A DNA stretch of 63,454 nucleotides, from positions 1-63,454 of the forward strand of contig DAOTYQ010000180.1 of assembly GCA_034434735.1 (NCBI GenBank), in the 5' to 3' direction. The notes beneath the pieces were generated by a model that did no database searches, was not told where the DNA came from, and worked only from the letters and a program-made list of their open reading frames with translations. Positions 27,085 to 37,363 of this stretch are shown piece after piece (position 1 is the stretch's first letter; every line of letters begins with the position of its first letter). Origin of the DNA: Chloroflexota bacterium. Lineage in GTDB: Bacteria > Chloroflexota > Limnocylindria > Limnocylindrales > CSP1-4. The translations under genes were made by a program, and so were the position numbers.

Positions 27085-27698
27085 GCGCCCGGCGGGGGGC
27101 GCGGCCGATCGACGTCCTCCTCTACCCCCTGGCCGGGCTCCTCGCCGAGGGCCCCGGCAGCCGGCGGGTCTTCGAGCTGACCGGGATCGTCATCCCCCTC
27201 GACGAGCCCCTCGAGCTGGCCGAACCCATCGAGGGCATCCTCCGGGTCGCCCGGACGAATCGGGGCGTTTTCGTCGATGCCCATCTCCGGACGAGCCTCC
27301 GCGAGGTCTGCAGCCGCTGCCTCGAGCCCATCGAGGTTCCCCTCGACCTGGAGATCAGCGAAGAGGTCTTGCCCTCGATCGACATCCTCACCGGCCTCCC
27401 CCTCGACGCACGGGCCGAGCCCGATATCGAGCGCCTGACGAGCGGCCACGAGCTCGACTTCGGCCGCCTCGTCCGGGCCGCCGTGTCGCTCGCCGAGCCG
27501 ATCGCGCCTTTGTGCCGCCCCGACTGCCCGGGTCTCTGCCCGATCTGCGGGGCACTCGCCCTCGAGGGCCACCGGCACGCCGACGCGCCCCTCGACCCGA
27601 GGCTGGCGCCGCTCCTGGGCTGGCACCCGTTCGACGCCGTGGCGCCGAGCGACTACACTCCCCCTGACCGTGCCGCGCCGGCCCGCCGGCGCCGGTAA
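27081..27698 (+). CDS. YceD/DUF177 family protein (23S rRNA accumulation protein)
   Basis: CSRCLEPIEVPL...LAEPIAPLCRPDCPGLCPICG. Located immediately upstream of rpmF, as in most bacteria. GTGA overlap with the upstream gene. Confidence 0.85.
   Translation: MSARRGARPIDVLLYPLAGLLAEGPGSRRVFELTGIVIPLDEPLELAEPIEGILRVARTNRGVFVDAHLRTSLREVCSRCLEPIEVPLDLEISEEVLPSIDILTGLPLDARAEPDIERLTSGHELDFGRLVRAAVSLAEPIAPLCRPDCPGLCPICGALALEGHRHADAPLDPRLAPLLGWHPFDAVAPSDYTPPDRAAPARRRR
27664..27669 (+). promoter_or_regulatory. -10 candidate TACACT for rpmF, inside the 3' end of the DUF177 gene
   Basis: TACACT box about 95 nt upstream of the rpmF ATG. No TG extension. Confidence 0.3.
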
Positions 27699-27762
27699 GC
27701 CGATCGTCCCCGACGCCCGTCACGGGCGACGTTCTGCAGTCCGAGGAGCGAACGAGTAGATC

Positions 27763-27969
27763 ATGGGTGTCCCGAAGCGGAAGGTCTCGCACGCCCGCCA
27801 GGGCGACCGGCGGAGCCACCTCGCCCTCCGCCCGCCGCGGCTCGTCGAGTGCTCGCACTGCCATGCGCCGCGCCTGCCCCACCATGCCTGTCCGAGCTGC
27901 GGCTACTACCGCGGCCGACCCGCCGTCGAGATCCGACAGCGGACGAAGCCCGAGCAGCCGTCGGCCTGA
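27763..27969 (+). CDS. rpmF: 50S ribosomal protein L32
   Basis: MGVPKRKVSHARQGDRRSH...CSHCHAPRLPHHACPSCGYY. Confidence 0.95.
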   Translation: MGVPKRKVSHARQGDRRSHLALRPPRLVECSHCHAPRLPHHACPSCGYYRGRPAVEIRQRTKPEQPSA

Positions 27970-28007
27970 GGCCGGCGACCGTCCCGAGGCGGGCGGCTGA
28001 GCGATCG

Positions 28008-29054
28008 ATGGGCGAGCCGTTCGACCGAGCCGACGTCCGGATCGCGGTCGACGCCATGGGCGGCGACCACGGGCCGAGCGAGGTCGTGCCCGGCGCCCTC
28101 GCCTACGCCGAGAGCCGGCCCCTCGACCGGGTCATCCTCGTCGGGCGGCCGGAGGCGCTCGAGGCCGCCGCCGGGCGGCCCCTGCCGGCCAACGTTCGGG
28201 TCGCGCCGGCGAGCGAGGTCGTTCGGATGGACGAGCACCCCGCCCTCGCCCTCCGCGAGAAGAAGGACGCCTCGATCCTCGTCGCCGTCGAGCTCGTCCG
28301 GCGAGGCGAAGCCGACGCCGTCGTCACCGCCGGCCACACCGGGGCCGGGATGGCAGCGGCGGTCCTGCGCCTCGGCCGGCTGCCCGGGGTCGACCGACCG
28401 GCCCTCGCCGTCCAGATGGTGACCGAGACGGGACCCTTCGTCTTCCTCGACATCGGTGCGAATCCCGACTCGACCGCCGAGAACCTCCACCAGTACGCCC
28501 ACATGGGCGCCATCTTCGCCGAGCGGGTCCTTGGTGTTCCGAACCCGCGGGTCGCTCTCCTGTCCATCGGCGAGGAAAAGGGCAAGGGCGACGCCCGGAT
28601 CGTCGGGGCGACGGAGCTCCTCGATCGATCCGGCCTCAACTTCGTCGGCAACGTCGAGGGCAAGGACCTCGTCCGGCACCTGGCCGACGTCGTCGTCTGC
28701 GACGCGGTGATCGGCAACGTGACGATCAAGTTCTTCGAGGGGTTGTCGGGCTTCATCTTCGACCTCCTCCGGCGCGAGTTCCGCCGGCCGCCGCGGGGCC
28801 CACTCGCCTACTGGCTGCTCCGGCCGGGGCTGGAGCGGATCCGGGCCATCTTCGACTACGAGCGGGTCGGCGGGTCGCCGCTCCTCGGCGTGCGGGGCAC
28901 GGTCATCATCACCCACGGGCGGGCCCGGCGGCGGATGATCCGCTACGCCGTCGAGGTCGGGGCGGAGACGGCCCGCAAGCGGGTCCCCGACCTCATCCGC
29001 GAGCGCCTCGAGGAGCTGAGCGGACGAGCGCGTCCCGAGGCGGTGGAGGCATGA
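28008..29054 (+). CDS. plsX: phosphate acyltransferase PlsX
   Basis: RIAVDAMGGDHGPSEVV...AVVTAGHTGA...NVEG(K)D...CDAVIGNVTIKFFEG...GSPLLGVRG. ATG at 28008. Confidence 0.93.
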   Translation: MGEPFDRADVRIAVDAMGGDHGPSEVVPGALAYAESRPLDRVILVGRPEALEAAAGRPLPANVRVAPASEVVRMDEHPALALREKKDASILVAVELVRRGEADAVVTAGHTGAGMAAAVLRLGRLPGVDRPALAVQMVTETGPFVFLDIGANPDSTAENLHQYAHMGAIFAERVLGVPNPRVALLSIGEEKGKGDARIVGATELLDRSGLNFVGNVEGKDLVRHLADVVVCDAVIGNVTIKFFEGLSGFIFDLLRREFRRPPRGPLAYWLLRPGLERIRAIFDYERVGGSPLLGVRGTVIITHGRARRRMIRYAVEVGAETARKRVPDLIRERLEELSGRARPEAVEA

Positions 29055-29452
29055 AGCCGCTTGGCGGCGACGGGCCGGCGGCGGTCTCGTCGCCCGACGA
29101 CGGCACCGGGGCCGCCACGGATGCGGGCTTCGGCCCGCCCCGAGCGCGGCTCGACGTGAGTCGGAGCGTCGTCCTCGCGACGGCCCGGCTCGCCGCGCGC
29201 GAGGTCCCGGGGGTCGTGCGGCTCGGCCGGGGCGGCCCGCCCCTCCGGCGGCTCATCGGCGGGCGCTCGTCGATCCGCCTCGTCGACGCGGGCACCGGTC
29301 TGGAGGTGCGGCTCGTGCTCGTGGCCCGAGCTGGCCAGCCCCTCGGCCCCCTCGGCCGAGCCGTGGCGAGCGCCGTGCGGGGCGCCATCGAGCGAGCCCT
29401 CGGCCTCCAGGTCGCGGCGGTCACCGTCGTCGTCGACGGGGTCGTCGGCTGA
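29051..29452 (+). CDS. Asp23/Gls24 family protein (YqhY-like, precedes nusB)
   Basis: LDVSRSVVLATARLAAREVPGVVRL...GLEVRLVLVARAGQPLGPLGRAVASAVRGAIERALGLQV. ATGA overlap with plsX. Confidence 0.65.
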   Translation: MKPLGGDGPAAVSSPDDGTGAATDAGFGPPRARLDVSRSVVLATARLAAREVPGVVRLGRGGPPLRRLIGGRSSIRLVDAGTGLEVRLVLVARAGQPLGPLGRAVASAVRGAIERALGLQVAAVTVVVDGVVG

Positions 29453-30036
29453 TGGCTCGGCGGGGCGTCCCGGCCGTCGAGCCCGACGCGGCCGACCCCG
29501 GCGACGCGGCGGCGACGGCCCCCGCCGGCGGCCCGGCGAGCGGGTCCGGATCCGCCGCGCCGGGCCGGGCCGCCGACCGGATCCGGGCCTTGCGCCGCGG
29601 GCGCCGGCTCGCTCTGTCGGCCCTCTACGAGGCGGAGTTCGGACAGCGGACGGTGGCCTCCGTCCTCGACCGGCTCCTGGCCGGAGAGGCCGATCCCCGG
29701 ACGGTGCACCTCGCCCGATCCATCGTCGATGCCGTCCACCGGCACCGGGTCGAGATCGACGCCCGGATCGAGGCCCTCGCCCCGCAGTTCCCGGTCGTCA
29801 CCCTCGCGCCAATCGACCGCGCTATCTTGCGTGGCGCCGTCGGCGAGGTGCTACACTCCGGCACGACGCCGGCCCGGGTGGCGATCGCCGAGTGGGTCGA
29901 GCTGGCCCGCACCTTCAGCGGAGACCCACTGCGGCGCTTGCTGAACGGTGTGCTGGGCCGGATCGCCGACGAGGTCGTCGCCGACCCGAGCTCGCCGGCG
30001 GTGCGTCCTGACGAACCGACGAGCAATCGCCCATGA
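29452..30036 (+). CDS. nusB: transcription antitermination factor NusB
   Basis: [15 protein letters not shown]...[35 protein letters not shown]...[19 protein letters not shown]...LLNGVLGRI. Ala/Pro-rich N-extension. Confidence 0.88.
   Translation: MARRGVPAVEPDAADPGDAAATAPAGGPASGSGSAAPGRAADRIRALRRGRRLALSALYEAEFGQRTVASVLDRLLAGEADPRTVHLARSIVDAVHRHRVEIDARIEALAPQFPVVTLAPIDRAILRGAVGEVLHSGTTPARVAIAEWVELARTFSGDPLRRLLNGVLGRIADEVVADPSSPAVRPDEPTSNRP
29848..29862 (+). promoter_or_regulatory. internal extended -10 candidate GTGCTACACTCCGGC inside nusB, upstream of acpP
   Basis: 15-mer identical to the rpsB promoter candidate at 42912-42926. About 205 nt upstream of the acpP start. Confidence 0.4.
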
Positions 30037-30067
30037 ACGGCCATCCCACCACGGAGGAGGGAGACAG

Positions 30068-30307
30068 GTGTCGACCACGTACGAGCGTCTGAAGAAGATC
30101 GTCGTCGAGCAGCTCGGCGTCGACGAGTCCGAGGTCACGCCGGAGACCTCCTTCGTCGACGACCTCAACGCCGATTCGCTCGACCTCGTCGAGCTCATCA
30201 TGAGCCTCGAAGAGGAGTTCGGGACGGAGATCTCCGACGAGGACGCCGAGAAGATCCGGACCGTCCAGGACGCCGTCGACTACATCGACGAGCACGTTCG
30301 CTCGTAG
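30068..30307 (+). CDS. acpP: acyl carrier protein
   Basis: GTG 30068 after [46 protein letters not shown] (DSLD phosphopantetheine site). Confidence 0.95.
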   Translation: MSTTYERLKKIVVEQLGVDESEVTPETSFVDDLNADSLDLVELIMSLEEEFGTEISDEDAEKIRTVQDAVDYIDEHVRS

Positions 30308-30324
30308 GACGGCGCGGCGGGCCG

Positions 30325-31086
30325 ATGGCCTCGGCGGCTGCATTCGCCGCCCGTCTGGGACTGCCGGTCGAGAACCTCGACCTGCTCGAGCAGGCCCTCG
30401 TCCACGCCAGCTACCTCCACGAGCATCCTGGCGCCGCCGCCGGCCACAACGAGCGACTCGAGTTCCTCGGCGACGCCGTCGTCAACCTCGTCGTCTCGGA
30501 AGCCGTCTACGCCCGCTACCCCTCCGACGACGAAGGGCTCCTCTCGGCCCGCCGGGCGGCCATCGTCAGTACCAGCGGGCTGGCCCGGCTCGCCGGTCGC
30601 ATCGGACTGGGCGAGGAACTCCGCCTCGGGGAGGGCGAGGCCCAGCGCGGTGGTCGCCGCCGCCCCTCGCTCCTCGCCTCCGCCTTCGAGGCGCTTGCCG
30701 GGGCCATCTATCTCGACCTCGGCTTCGGCCCGACCCGCGACTGGCTCCTCTCCCTCCTCGAGCCCGATCTGGCTGCCGTCGATCTGCCCGGCAGCGTCCT
30801 GAAGAGTCCGAAGAGCCGCCTCCAGGAGCACACCCAGCGCCGGAGCGGTGCCCGGCCGGTCTACCGGGTCGTGGAGGCGACGGGCCCCGATCACGAGAAG
30901 CTCTTTCGGGTCGTCGTCGAGGTCGACGGCCGGGTCGTCGGGGTCGGCACTGGCCGCTCCCGGCGGGATGCCGAGACGGTGGCCGCCGAGGCCGCCCTCG
31001 AAACGCTCCGGCGCGGCGGCGCCGAGCTCGCCGAGCGGGCCGCGGTCGACGCCGTGCCGGCGGGCGACCTCGACCTCGGCACATGA
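30325..31086 (+). CDS. rnc: ribonuclease III
   Basis: [19 protein letters not shown] (signature)...[11 protein letters not shown]...KSRLQEH...ds[30 protein letters not shown]. Confidence 0.95.
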   Translation: MASAAAFAARLGLPVENLDLLEQALVHASYLHEHPGAAAGHNERLEFLGDAVVNLVVSEAVYARYPSDDEGLLSARRAAIVSTSGLARLAGRIGLGEELRLGEGEAQRGGRRRPSLLASAFEALAGAIYLDLGFGPTRDWLLSLLEPDLAAVDLPGSVLKSPKSRLQEHTQRRSGARPVYRVVEATGPDHEKLFRVVVEVDGRVVGVGTGRSRRDAETVAAEAALETLRRGGAELAERAAVDAVPAGDLDLGT

Positions 31087-34000
31087 CGGCCCCGCGCCTC
31101 ATCGCCCTCCGGCTCCACGGCTTCAAGTCCTTCGCCGAGCCGACGGTCGTCGAGTTCGGGCCAGGGATCAGCGCCGTCGTCGGGCCGAACGGCTCGGGCA
31201 AGAGCAACCTCGCCGACGCCCTGCGGTGGGCCCTCGGCGAGCAGGGCCGCTCGCTCCGGATCCGGAAGGCCGAGGACGTGATCTTCGCCGGCTCCGAGCG
31301 CCGAGCCGCCCTCGGCATGGCCGACGTCACCATCGTCCTCGACAACGCCGACCGACTCCTGCCCGTCGACTACACCGTCGTCGAGCTCGGCCGACGCCTC
31401 TACCGCTCCGGAGAAAACGACTACCTGCTGAACCGGACTCGGGTCCGCCTGCGCGACCTCGTCGATCTCCTTGACGCCGCCCACCTCGCCGACAACGCCT
31501 TCCTCTTCATCGGGCAGGGCATGGTGGACCAGGCCCTCGCTCTCCGGCCCGAGGAGCGGCGGCCGCTCTTCGAGGAGGTCGCCGGCGTCCGCCGCCACGA
31601 ACGTCGCCGGCGGCGGGCCGAGGAGCAGCTCGCCGAGGCGGAGGCGAACCTGGCACGTGTGGCGGACCTGGTCGCCGAGCTGCGACCCCACGCCCGCCGG
31701 CTAGCCGCCCAGGCCGACAAGCTCGCCGCGCAGGCGAGCGTCGTGCGGGAGCTCGTCGACGCCCTCCTCCTCGACGCTCACCGCCGCTGGGCGGAGGCGG
31801 TGAGCCGGGTCCGAGCGACGGCCGAGGCCCGAGGCGAGGCCGAGGCCGCGTTGCGACGGGCGCGCGACGAGCTGCGAGCCGTCGAGGATCGAACGGCCGC
31901 CCGGCGGGCTGCGGTCGAGACCCTCGCGGCCGCCGTCGACGAACGGGTCGCCGAGCACGAGACCGCCCGCGCCGCCCTGACGGCGCTGCAGCTCCAGGAG
32001 GCACGGCGGGCGTCCGAGGCGGAGGCCTTCGCCCGCGAGCGGCGCCAAATCGCCGAGGCCGCGACGGCGGTGGCGAGAGACCTCGAGGCGGCCGAGGCCC
32101 TCCTCGCCGAACCGTCGCCGGAACCGGACCTCGACACGGCCGCTGCCCTGGCCGCGACGGAGCGGGCCCTCGCCGACGCCCGGGCGGAGCTCGACATCCT
32201 CCGACGGACCCGAGCCGCTGAGGACGAGCGGCGGGCCGCGCTCGAACGGGCGGCGGCCGTCCGGCGGGCGGAAGCCGAGGCCGCCCGGCGGCGGCGGGAC
32301 GACGTCCGCAGCCGCTACGGAGCGGCCGAGCGGGTCCTCGAGCAGCTCCGAGAGCGGCTGGCCGAGACGCGGGCTGACCTCGCCGCCGCGATCGACCGCC
32401 GCGAGGCGACGGCCGTCGCCGTCGAGGCGGCTCGGGCGGCCGAAGCCGAGGCTCGGAGGGCCGCCGCCGCGGCCGAGGCAGCCCAGGCGACGCTCGAGGC
32501 GCGGAGGCGAGAGCTCGCCGGCGCCGCGGCCGGCGCGAGGGCGCGGGCCGCCGAGCTCGAGGGGCTCCTGGCCGGACCGCGGGCGGGCCCCGGGATCGAG
32601 GGCCCGATGCGGCGCGTCCTCGACGAGCTCGCCGTCCGCCCGGAGCTCCGAGCCGCCGCGGCGAGCGCCCTCGGCGAGGTGCTCGGCGCTGTCGTCGTCG
32701 AGGCCGACCGCCTCGCCGAGCTGACGTCGACGACGGGATCCTTCCTCGTCCGCGATTGGGCGGCGTCGGGCAGCAGCGGGACGGCGTCGGAGAGCGTCGC
32801 TCGGTTCGTTCGGGCCGTCGAGGCCGCGGGCGGCGGGCCTCTGGCCGAGGCCGTCGACGACGAGGCGGGCGACCTGGCCCGTCGGCTCCTCGCCCAGGCC
32901 GTCTGGCTCCCGACGGTCGAGGCCGTCCTCGAGGTCGGCCCGCTCCTTCCCACGGGCTGGATCGCCGTGAGCCGGGACGGTCGGCTTTGCCTCGACGGGC
33001 CGCGCCTCCGGATCGGCGATCCGGACCCGAGTCTCGAGCGACGGGCGTTGCTCAGTGCTGCGACCGCCGAGGGAGAGCGGCTGGGCGCCGAGTTGGCCCA
33101 GCTCGACGCCGACGTCCGTCGGGCCGCCGCCGAGGCCGAGTCCGCCCGGGCAGCCCATCGATCGGCGGAGGCGGCGCTCCGCCAGGCCGAGACGGTCCAG
33201 CGGGCCGCTGAAGCCCGGCGGAGCGAGCTGGAGCGGGCGGTCGCCCGGCTTGAGCAGGAGGTCGGCTGGCAGACGGCGAGCCTCGATCAGTTGGCGTCCG
33301 CCCTCCGGTCCGCCGAAGCAGCCGTTGCCGCCTTCGCCGAGCCGGCCGTGGCGCCCTCGGCGAGCGCCGCGACCGAGATCGCCGCGGACGTCGGCTCGGA
33401 GCCCGAGCTCGAGGCCGAATTCCGGCGCCGGGAGGCCGCCCTGGCGGAGCTCGAGGCGCGGCGGGCCGAGCTCGCCGCCGCCGTCGCCCGACAGGAGGAG
33501 GCGCGGCGGGCGGCCGAGGCCCGGCGGGCGCGGGCCGAGGCGACCCGGGAGCTGGCCCTGGCCCGGCTCGCCGACCTGGCCCGTGCAGAAGCCGAGCTGG
33601 CCGCCCGCGAGGCCGACACCCGGGTCGCCGCGGGCGAGCTGTCGGCGACCCTCGCCGAGGCGGAAGCGGCGGAGCGGGCCGCCCGCGCGGCCGTGGAGGA
33701 GGCCCGAGCCGCCCTCGCCGCCGAGCGGGAGGCCCTGGCCGCGGCCGAGGACGAGATCGCTGCCCACCGCCAGCGCCTCCGGGCGGCCGAGGACCGGTAT
33801 CGGGCCGCCGAGTCGGCCGAGATGGAGGCGCGCCTCGCCCTCGATGCCTGTCGGGAGCAGATCGTCGTCGAGTTGGCGGCCCTCGGCGAGCCGGCCGAGG
33901 CGGTCCTCGTCGCCCGCCTCGAGGACGGTCTGTCGACGGCGCCGGGGGCCCGCCCGGAGCCCGGCGGCGACGCGTCCCGGGCGGCGGGCGAGGGTGGGTC

Positions 34001-34766
34001 GAGCCGGCTCGAGGCGCTCGTCGCCCGTCTCGCCGAGACCTGGGCGACGACCCCGCCGCCGACGGGCGAGGGGCCGTCGCCGATCCGGATCGCCCAGCTC
34101 CGGCGCCGCGTCGCCGAGCTCGGGGCGGTGAACCCCTTCGCGGCCGAGGAGTACGCCGAGGTCCGGGCCCGGCTCGAGCGCCTGGAGGCCCAGGAGGCGG
34201 ATCTCCGGGCCGCGATCGCTCGGACGCGGCGTCTCATCGACGAGCTCAACGACCTCGTCGCCCGCCAGTTCACGACGACCTTCGACGCCCTCGGTGCCGC
34301 CTTCGAGCGTCGCTTCCGCCAGCTCTTCGGCGGCGGCCAGGCCCGCCTCCTCTTGACCGAGCCGGGTGATCTCGCCGGGAGCGGCATCGACATCGTCGCC
34401 CGGCCACCGGGCAAGAAGCTCCAATCGCTGGCGATGCTGTCGGGCGGCGAGCGGGCCCTGACCGCCGTCGCCCTCCTCTTCGCCATGCTCGAGGTCCGGC
34501 CGGTGCCCTTCTGCGTCCTCGACGAGGTCGACGCGGCCCTCGACGAGGCGAACATCGGCCGCTTCCGGGCGGCGCTCCGGGAATTGGCTGCCGGGATCCA
34601 GTTCGTCGTCATCACCCACAACCGGGGCACCATCGAGGAGGCGGACGCCCTCTACGGCGTGACCGTCGGCGACGACTCGGTGAGCCGGGTCATCAGCCTC
34701 CGTCTCGAGGAGGCCCGCGATCTGGCCGCGCGGAGCCGGGTCGCAGCTGGGGGCGGGCGGAGCTGA
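31083..34766 (+). CDS. smc: chromosome segregation protein SMC
   Basis: [10 protein letters not shown]...[23 protein letters not shown]. Long Ala/Glu/Arg coiled coils with a central hinge. C-terminal [16 protein letters not shown]...[15 protein letters not shown]. Confidence 0.95.
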   Translation: MTAPRLIALRLHGFKSFAEPTVVEFGPGISAVVGPNGSGKSNLADALRWALGEQGRSLRIRKAEDVIFAGSERRAALGMADVTIVLDNADRLLPVDYTVVELGRRLYRSGENDYLLNRTRVRLRDLVDLLDAAHLADNAFLFIGQGMVDQALALRPEERRPLFEEVAGVRRHERRRRRAEEQLAEAEANLARVADLVAELRPHARRLAAQADKLAAQASVVRELVDALLLDAHRRWAEAVSRVRATAEARGEAEAALRRARDELRAVEDRTAARRAAVETLAAAVDERVAEHETARAALTALQLQEARRASEAEAFARERRQIAEAATAVARDLEAAEALLAEPSPEPDLDTAAALAATERALADARAELDILRRTRAAEDERRAALERAAAVRRAEAEAARRRRDDVRSRYGAAERVLEQLRERLAETRADLAAAIDRREATAVAVEAARAAEAEARRAAAAAEAAQATLEARRRELAGAAAGARARAAELEGLLAGPRAGPGIEGPMRRVLDELAVRPELRAAAASALGEVLGAVVVEADRLAELTSTTGSFLVRDWAASGSSGTASESVARFVRAVEAAGGGPLAEAVDDEAGDLARRLLAQAVWLPTVEAVLEVGPLLPTGWIAVSRDGRLCLDGPRLRIGDPDPSLERRALLSAATAEGERLGAELAQLDADVRRAAAEAESARAAHRSAEAALRQAETVQRAAEARRSELERAVARLEQEVGWQTASLDQLASALRSAEAAVAAFAEPAVAPSASAATEIAADVGSEPELEAEFRRREAALAELEARRAELAAAVARQEEARRAAEARRARAEATRELALARLADLARAEAELAAREADTRVAAGELSATLAEAEAAERAARAAVEEARAALAAEREALAAAEDEIAAHRQRLRAAEDRYRAAESAEMEARLALDACREQIVVELAALGEPAEAVLVARLEDGLSTAPGARPEPGGDASRAAGEGGSSRLEALVARLAETWATTPPPTGEGPSPIRIAQLRRRVAELGAVNPFAAEEYAEVRARLERLEAQEADLRAAIARTRRLIDELNDLVARQFTTTFDALGAAFERRFRQLFGGGQARLLLTEPGDLAGSGIDIVARPPGKKLQSLAMLSGGERALTAVALLFAMLEVRPVPFCVLDEVDAALDEANIGRFRAALRELAAGIQFVVITHNRGTIEEADALYGVTVGDDSVSRVISLRLEEARDLAARSRVAAGGGRS

Positions 34767-35857
34767 TGGGCTTTCTCCGGCGGGCCTTCGGGCGAGGATC
34801 GGCGGACGAGCCCCTCGGCCAACCGTGTCCGGCCGAGGAGGCCGGGTCCGCCACCGCCCCGGTTGGCCCCGAGTCGGGGGCCGCCGACCAGCCAGCCGCC
34901 GTCCCGACCGGTTCGGCAGCCAGCGACGCGGGTGCGTCCGATGCCCTCGCCGCCGGCCTCGTCCGCACCCGGGGCGGGTTCGTCGCCCGGCTTCGGAGCC
35001 TCTTCGGGGCAGCCGCTACCGACCCGGTCGTCTGGGACGAGATCGAGGAGACGCTCATCCTCGGCGACGTCGGTCCGAGCCTCGCCGCCGAGGTCGTGGA
35101 GCGGGCCCGGCGCTCGGGCGACGCCGGTTCGGCCGAGGCGGCCGTCCGGCGGGAGCTGCGCGCTCTCCTCGTCCCGCGGACGGAGCCCTTCGACCTCCTC
35201 CGCCCGGCCGCCCCCGGTGGTCCGGCCATCGTCCTCGTCGTCGGGGTGAACGGGAGCGGCAAGACGACGACCATCGGCAAGCTCGCCCACCGGCTCCGAA
35301 CGAGGGGCGCCAAGGTCGTCGTCGCGGCGGCCGACACGTTCCGGGCGGCGGCCATCGACCAGCTGGCCGAGTGGACCCGGCGAGCCGGGGCCGAGCTCGT
35401 CGCCCACGGGCCGGGCTCCGATCCGGGGGCCGTCGTCTACGACGCCCTCGACGCCGCCGTCCACCGCGGCGCGGACGTCGTCGTGGCCGATACCGCCGGC
35501 CGTCTCCATACCCGGGTCAGCCTCATGGACGAGCTGGCCAAGGTGCGGCGGGTCGTCGAGCGGCGCCTGCCCGGCGCTCGGCCGGAGGTCCTCCTCGTCC
35601 TCGATGCCACGACCGGCCAGAACGGCCTCGTCCAGGCGACGGCCTTCGGCGAGGCGGTGGGGGTCACCTGCGTCGTCCTGACGAAGCTCGACTCGACGGC
35701 CAAGGGCGGGATCGTCTTCGCCATCGAGGCCCGACTCCGGATCCCGGTCCGCTTCGTCGGGGTGGGAGAGGGGATCGAGGACCTCCTCGACTTCGACCCC
35801 GACGCCTTCGTCGAGGCCCTCTTCGGGGCGGACCCCGACCGCCGACCGACGGTCTGA
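34766..35857 (+). CDS. ftsY: signal recognition particle receptor FtsY
   Basis: [17 protein letters not shown]...[13 protein letters not shown]...DTAGRLH...[12 protein letters not shown]. Confidence 0.95.
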   Translation: MGFLRRAFGRGSADEPLGQPCPAEEAGSATAPVGPESGAADQPAAVPTGSAASDAGASDALAAGLVRTRGGFVARLRSLFGAAATDPVVWDEIEETLILGDVGPSLAAEVVERARRSGDAGSAEAAVRRELRALLVPRTEPFDLLRPAAPGGPAIVLVVGVNGSGKTTTIGKLAHRLRTRGAKVVVAAADTFRAAAIDQLAEWTRRAGAELVAHGPGSDPGAVVYDALDAAVHRGADVVVADTAGRLHTRVSLMDELAKVRRVVERRLPGARPEVLLVLDATTGQNGLVQATAFGEAVGVTCVVLTKLDSTAKGGIVFAIEARLRIPVRFVGVGEGIEDLLDFDPDAFVEALFGADPDRRPTV

Positions 35858-35906
35858 GGGGCGGCGAACCGGCGGTCGCCGGCGAGGCCGAGCACGGGTG
35901 ATGGGG

Positions 35907-35912
35907 TACACT
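35907..35912 (+). promoter_or_regulatory. -10 candidate TACACT upstream of ffh
   Basis: GGGGTACACT in the 135-nt ftsY-ffh spacer, about 80 nt before ATG 35993. Confidence 0.35.
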
Positions 35913-35992
35913 GCCGGCGCCCCGCCGACCCGTCTGGGGGCCGGCGGACGCGACACGCGGCGGCCGGGGCGGCCGCCACTCCGAGAAGGGGC

Positions 35993-37324
35993 ATGTTCGA
36001 CAGCCTGACCGAGCGGCTCCGCCGCACCATCGCCGACCTCACCGGCCGGGGCCGAGTCACGGAGGCGGACGTCGACGCGGCCCTCCGGGAGGTCCGCCTC
36101 GCCCTCCTCGAGGCCGACGTCAACTACCGGGTCGTGAAGGCCTTCGCGGCCCGGGTCCGCGAGCGCGCCGTCGGCGCCGAGGTGCTCGAGACCCTCACCG
36201 CCGGCCAACAGGTCGTGAAGATCGTCCACGAGGAGCTCACCGCCCTCCTCGCCGTCGGTGACCGGACCTTCTCTCTCCGCGGGCAGCCGGCCGTCGTCCT
36301 CCTGGCCGGGCTCCAGGGCTCGGGCAAGACGACGACGGCGGCGAAGCTCGCCCGGCACGTCGTCCGCCTCGGCCGCGCGCCGCTCCTCGTCGCCGCCGAC
36401 CCGTACCGGCCCGCCGCCGCCGACCAGCTCGAGGTCCTCGGTCGGAGCCTCGGGCTGCCCGTCCATCGGTCGCCGGCCGGGACGTCCGTCGAGGGGATCG
36501 TCGCGGCCGGCCTCGCCGCCGCCCGGCGGAGCGGGCGGGACGTCGTCATCGTCGACACCGCCGGCCGCCACACCCTCGACGAGGCGCTCATGGTCGAGAT
36601 CGGGGGACTGGCGGCGGCCGTCCGGCCGTCGGAGGCCCTCCTCGTCGTCGACGCCATGACCGGCCAGGAAGCGGTCCACGTCGCCGAGGCCTTCGCCGCC
36701 GCCGTTCCCCTGACGGGGCTCGTCCTGACGAAGATCGACGGCGATGCCCGAGGCGGGGCGGCCCTCTCCATCGGCGCCGTCACCGGGCTGCCGGTGAAGT
36801 TCCTGGGCACCGGCGAGAAGCTCGACGCCCTCGAGCCCTTCCATCCCGACCGCCTCGCGGGCCGAATCCTGGGCATGGGCGACGTCCTGACCCTCATCGA
36901 GCGGGCCCAGGAGGTCGTCGATGCCAAGGCGGCAGCCCGCCTCGAGGAGCGGCTGCGGACCGCCAGCTTCACCCTGGACGACATGCTCGAGCAGCTCGAG
37001 CAGGTCCAGCGGATGGGCCCCCTCGGGCAGCTCGTCTCGCTCATCCCGGGCCTCGGCGGGCTCGCCAAGGAAGCCCAGGCGGCGGTCGATCGCGGTGAGC
37101 TGAAACGGACCGAGGCGATCATCCGCTCGATGACCCGAGAGGAACGCCGGGACCCGTCGATCCTGAATGCCTCCCGACGCCGCCGGATCGCCGCCGGCTC
37201 CGGGACGACACTCACCGACGTCAATCGGCTCGTCAAGCAGTTCACCGAGCTCCAGCGGCTCATGCGCCAGGTGGGGGGCGGCGGTCGGCGGGCGCCGATC
37301 GGCACCCTCTTCGGTCGGCGCTGA
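35993..37324 (+). CDS. ffh: signal recognition particle protein Ffh
   Basis: MFDSLTERL...LAGLQGSGKTTTAAKLA...DTAGRH...LTKIDGDARGGAALS. M-domain LGMGD... Confidence 0.95.
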   Translation: MFDSLTERLRRTIADLTGRGRVTEADVDAALREVRLALLEADVNYRVVKAFAARVRERAVGAEVLETLTAGQQVVKIVHEELTALLAVGDRTFSLRGQPAVVLLAGLQGSGKTTTAAKLARHVVRLGRAPLLVAADPYRPAAADQLEVLGRSLGLPVHRSPAGTSVEGIVAAGLAAARRSGRDVVIVDTAGRHTLDEALMVEIGGLAAAVRPSEALLVVDAMTGQEAVHVAEAFAAAVPLTGLVLTKIDGDARGGAALSIGAVTGLPVKFLGTGEKLDALEPFHPDRLAGRILGMGDVLTLIERAQEVVDAKAAARLEERLRTASFTLDDMLEQLEQVQRMGPLGQLVSLIPGLGGLAKEAQAAVDRGELKRTEAIIRSMTREERRDPSILNASRRRRIAAGSGTTLTDVNRLVKQFTELQRLMRQVGGGGRRAPIGTLFGRR

Positions 37325-37363
37325 GGAGCCGTCGGGGCCGACCCACCGACGGAGGTGAGGACG

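Noticed and set aside
31600-34100. An apparent repetitiveness (AEAARRAAEA...) that might be a tandem DNA repeat.
   Set aside because: It is the Ala/Glu/Arg-rich coiled coil of SMC. The similarity is compositional at protein level, and no exact nucleotide period was found.
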